Origin: Callorhinchus milii
Lineage: Eukaryota
Length of the DNA: 64,000 bases
NCBI RefSeq assembly: GCF_018977255.1
Contig: NW_024704742.1
Coordinates: 89,034,001 to 89,098,000, forward strand
Direction: 5' to 3'
Below are positions 62,405 to 64,000 of this stretch, one piece after another; within the stretch, counting starts at the first letter, position 1; the number at the start of each line of letters is the position of its first letter. The position numbers were made by a program, and so were the translations under genes. Below the pieces are notes generated by a model. It searched no databases and was not told the origin of the DNA. It saw only the letters and a list, made by a program, of their open reading frames with translations.

Positions 62405-62750
62405 TGGACAGAGGATAGAGTTCAAAATCCTCGTCCTCGCTTTCAAGGCCTGCCACAGCCTTGCTCCTTCCTACCTCTGTGACCTGCTGACCCAATCTCA
62501 ACCTGTCTGCTCCCTCTACTCGGCAACATGTGGCCTGCTCCAAGTCCCCCGCCCAGCCCACCTCATGATCGGCAGTCGGGCTTTTAGCCTTTCTGCTCCC
62601 ACTCTTTGGAACTCTATCCCACATTCCCTTCGCCTCGTTCCCTCCCTTGCCTCCTTCAAGGCATGTCTCAAAACCCTCCTCTTCGACTGTGCCTTTGGCT
62701 ACTCTCCTTCCCCTCCCTGCCCTCCACCCTCCCCGATCCCATCTCCCAGA
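62405..62750 (+). mobile_element. L2 LINE fragment
   Basis: QRIEFKILVLAFK..GSRAFS..LWNSIP..FKACLKTLLF. Confidence 0.88.
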
Positions 62751-62751
62751 T

Positions 62752-63515
62752 CAACAACAACAACAAAATTACATTTATAGAGCTCCTTTCACGTCAGGAG
62801 GATGTCCCAAAGCGCTGAACAGTCAGTTGTCGGGGCCCGAGTATGGGGGAGCGGTGGTGTAGGGGTGAGGGAAGGCAGAGAGGTGGGAGGGAGATCAAAG
62901 GCACGGTCAAAGAGAAGGGTCTTGAGACCGGCCTTGAAGGAGGCAAGGGAGGAAGCGAGATGAAGGGACTGTGGGATGAAATTCCAGAGTGTGGGGGTAG
63001 AGAGGCTAAAAGTCTGGCTACCAATGGTAGGGCGGGTCGGGCGCGAAACATAGAGCAGACCGGAGCCCGATGAGCGGAGGGAGCGGGCAGGTTGGTAGGG
63101 AGTCAGCAGGTCAGAGAGGTAGGAGGGAACAAGGCCATGGATGGCCTTAAAGGTAAGGATAAGGATCTTGAACTCAATCCTCTGAGGGATGGGGAGCCAG
63201 TGGAGGTGGGAGAGAGTAGAGAGTGATGGGATCGCGGAGCCTGGTGCATGAGAGTACATGAGCTGCAGAGTTTTGGATTATCTGCAGCTTATGAAGGGAA
63301 GAGTTAGGAAGGCCGATGAGGAGGGAATTCCTGTAATGAAGCCTTGAGGTGACGAATGCGTGGGTGAGGGTTTCGGCAGCTTGAGGGGTGAGGCAGTGGC
63401 GGAGTCTGGCAATGTTGCCGAGGTGGTGGTAGGCAGTGCCGGTCATGGCGCGGATGTGGGGGAAAAAGAACAGTTCAAGGTCAAACGAGACACCCAGGTT
63501 CCTGACTGGCTTGAG
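62752..63515 (-). mobile_element. L2 LINE 3' fragment
   Basis: RNLGVSFD..HAFVTSRL..LHWLPIPQRIEFKIL..FKAGLKTLLF; (CAA)n on + strand at the tail. Confidence 0.92.
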
Positions 63516-64000
63516 TGTGTAGCCGCCAATCGGGTCCAAATTCTTGACTGTTCAGCACCTTGGGACATCCTCCCCACGTGAAAGGCGCTATACAAATATC
63601 ATTTTGTATTGTCTAGCGCCTTTTCACATCAAGAAGTTGTCTCAAAGCACTTCACAGGGTATAGTGTAAAGTGTAATGACTGTGTGTTTTGTGAACAGAA
63701 ATTATTTTTTGTTACCACCTTACAACAATACCCGCATTTCTTTGTGGGTGACACTCAATTGGTTAAAAAACGATTTTTACCTGAATTTAATTTGTAAGAA
63801 AAATTCTTCATACAATCCCATTCATTTCATCGACTGTGTGCTGGGGCGATAAGTAGGTTTATCCATTTATTGAAAGAAAAAATAGATCTGAACTGCTACC
63901 CCCACACCCCACCCACCACAAAAAACATACCCAGGTTATTACTTTGTGACTCTAATGGTCCTTCGTTATATCTCAGACAAAGTAGTGGCACAGCTCACTC

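Noticed and set aside
1..64000. CRISPR arrays, operons or other prokaryotic systems
   Set aside because: No repeat-spacer arrays or dense coding; the sequence is eukaryotic and retroposon-rich

Overview
Repeat-dense, AT-rich vertebrate DNA with no recognisable host protein-coding exon. The repeat mix (L2 and CR1 LINE 3' fragments, Deu-domain SINEs, tRNA-headed SINEs with L2-type tails, Penelope-type hairpins) suggests a cartilaginous fish, possibly a chimaera; this is inference. Nearly every ORF in the track is a LINE fragment, an antisense frame or a microsatellite artefact. Highlights: (1) an old, internally deleted endogenous retrovirus on the minus strand (49768-53323) with both LTRs, a GTGG target-site duplication (TSD), a tRNA-Arg-type primer-binding site, reverse transcriptase (RT) motifs DISNGFW, LPQxFHNSP and QYVDD, a degenerate RNase H tether, an integrase C-terminus and an env-like ORF with signal peptide and TM anchor; (2) three Penelope-type inverted-repeat elements with 10-15 bp TSDs that carry minimal hammerhead ribozyme cores; (3) an unclassified, highly structured A-tailed retroposon family (7 copies); (4) a ~9.8 kb near-perfect inverted duplication (36666-46494) ending at an N gap, probably an assembly artefact; (5) a cassette of four PBX-MEIS decamers arranged as inverted pairs. 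Boundaries of degenerate repeats are approximate.
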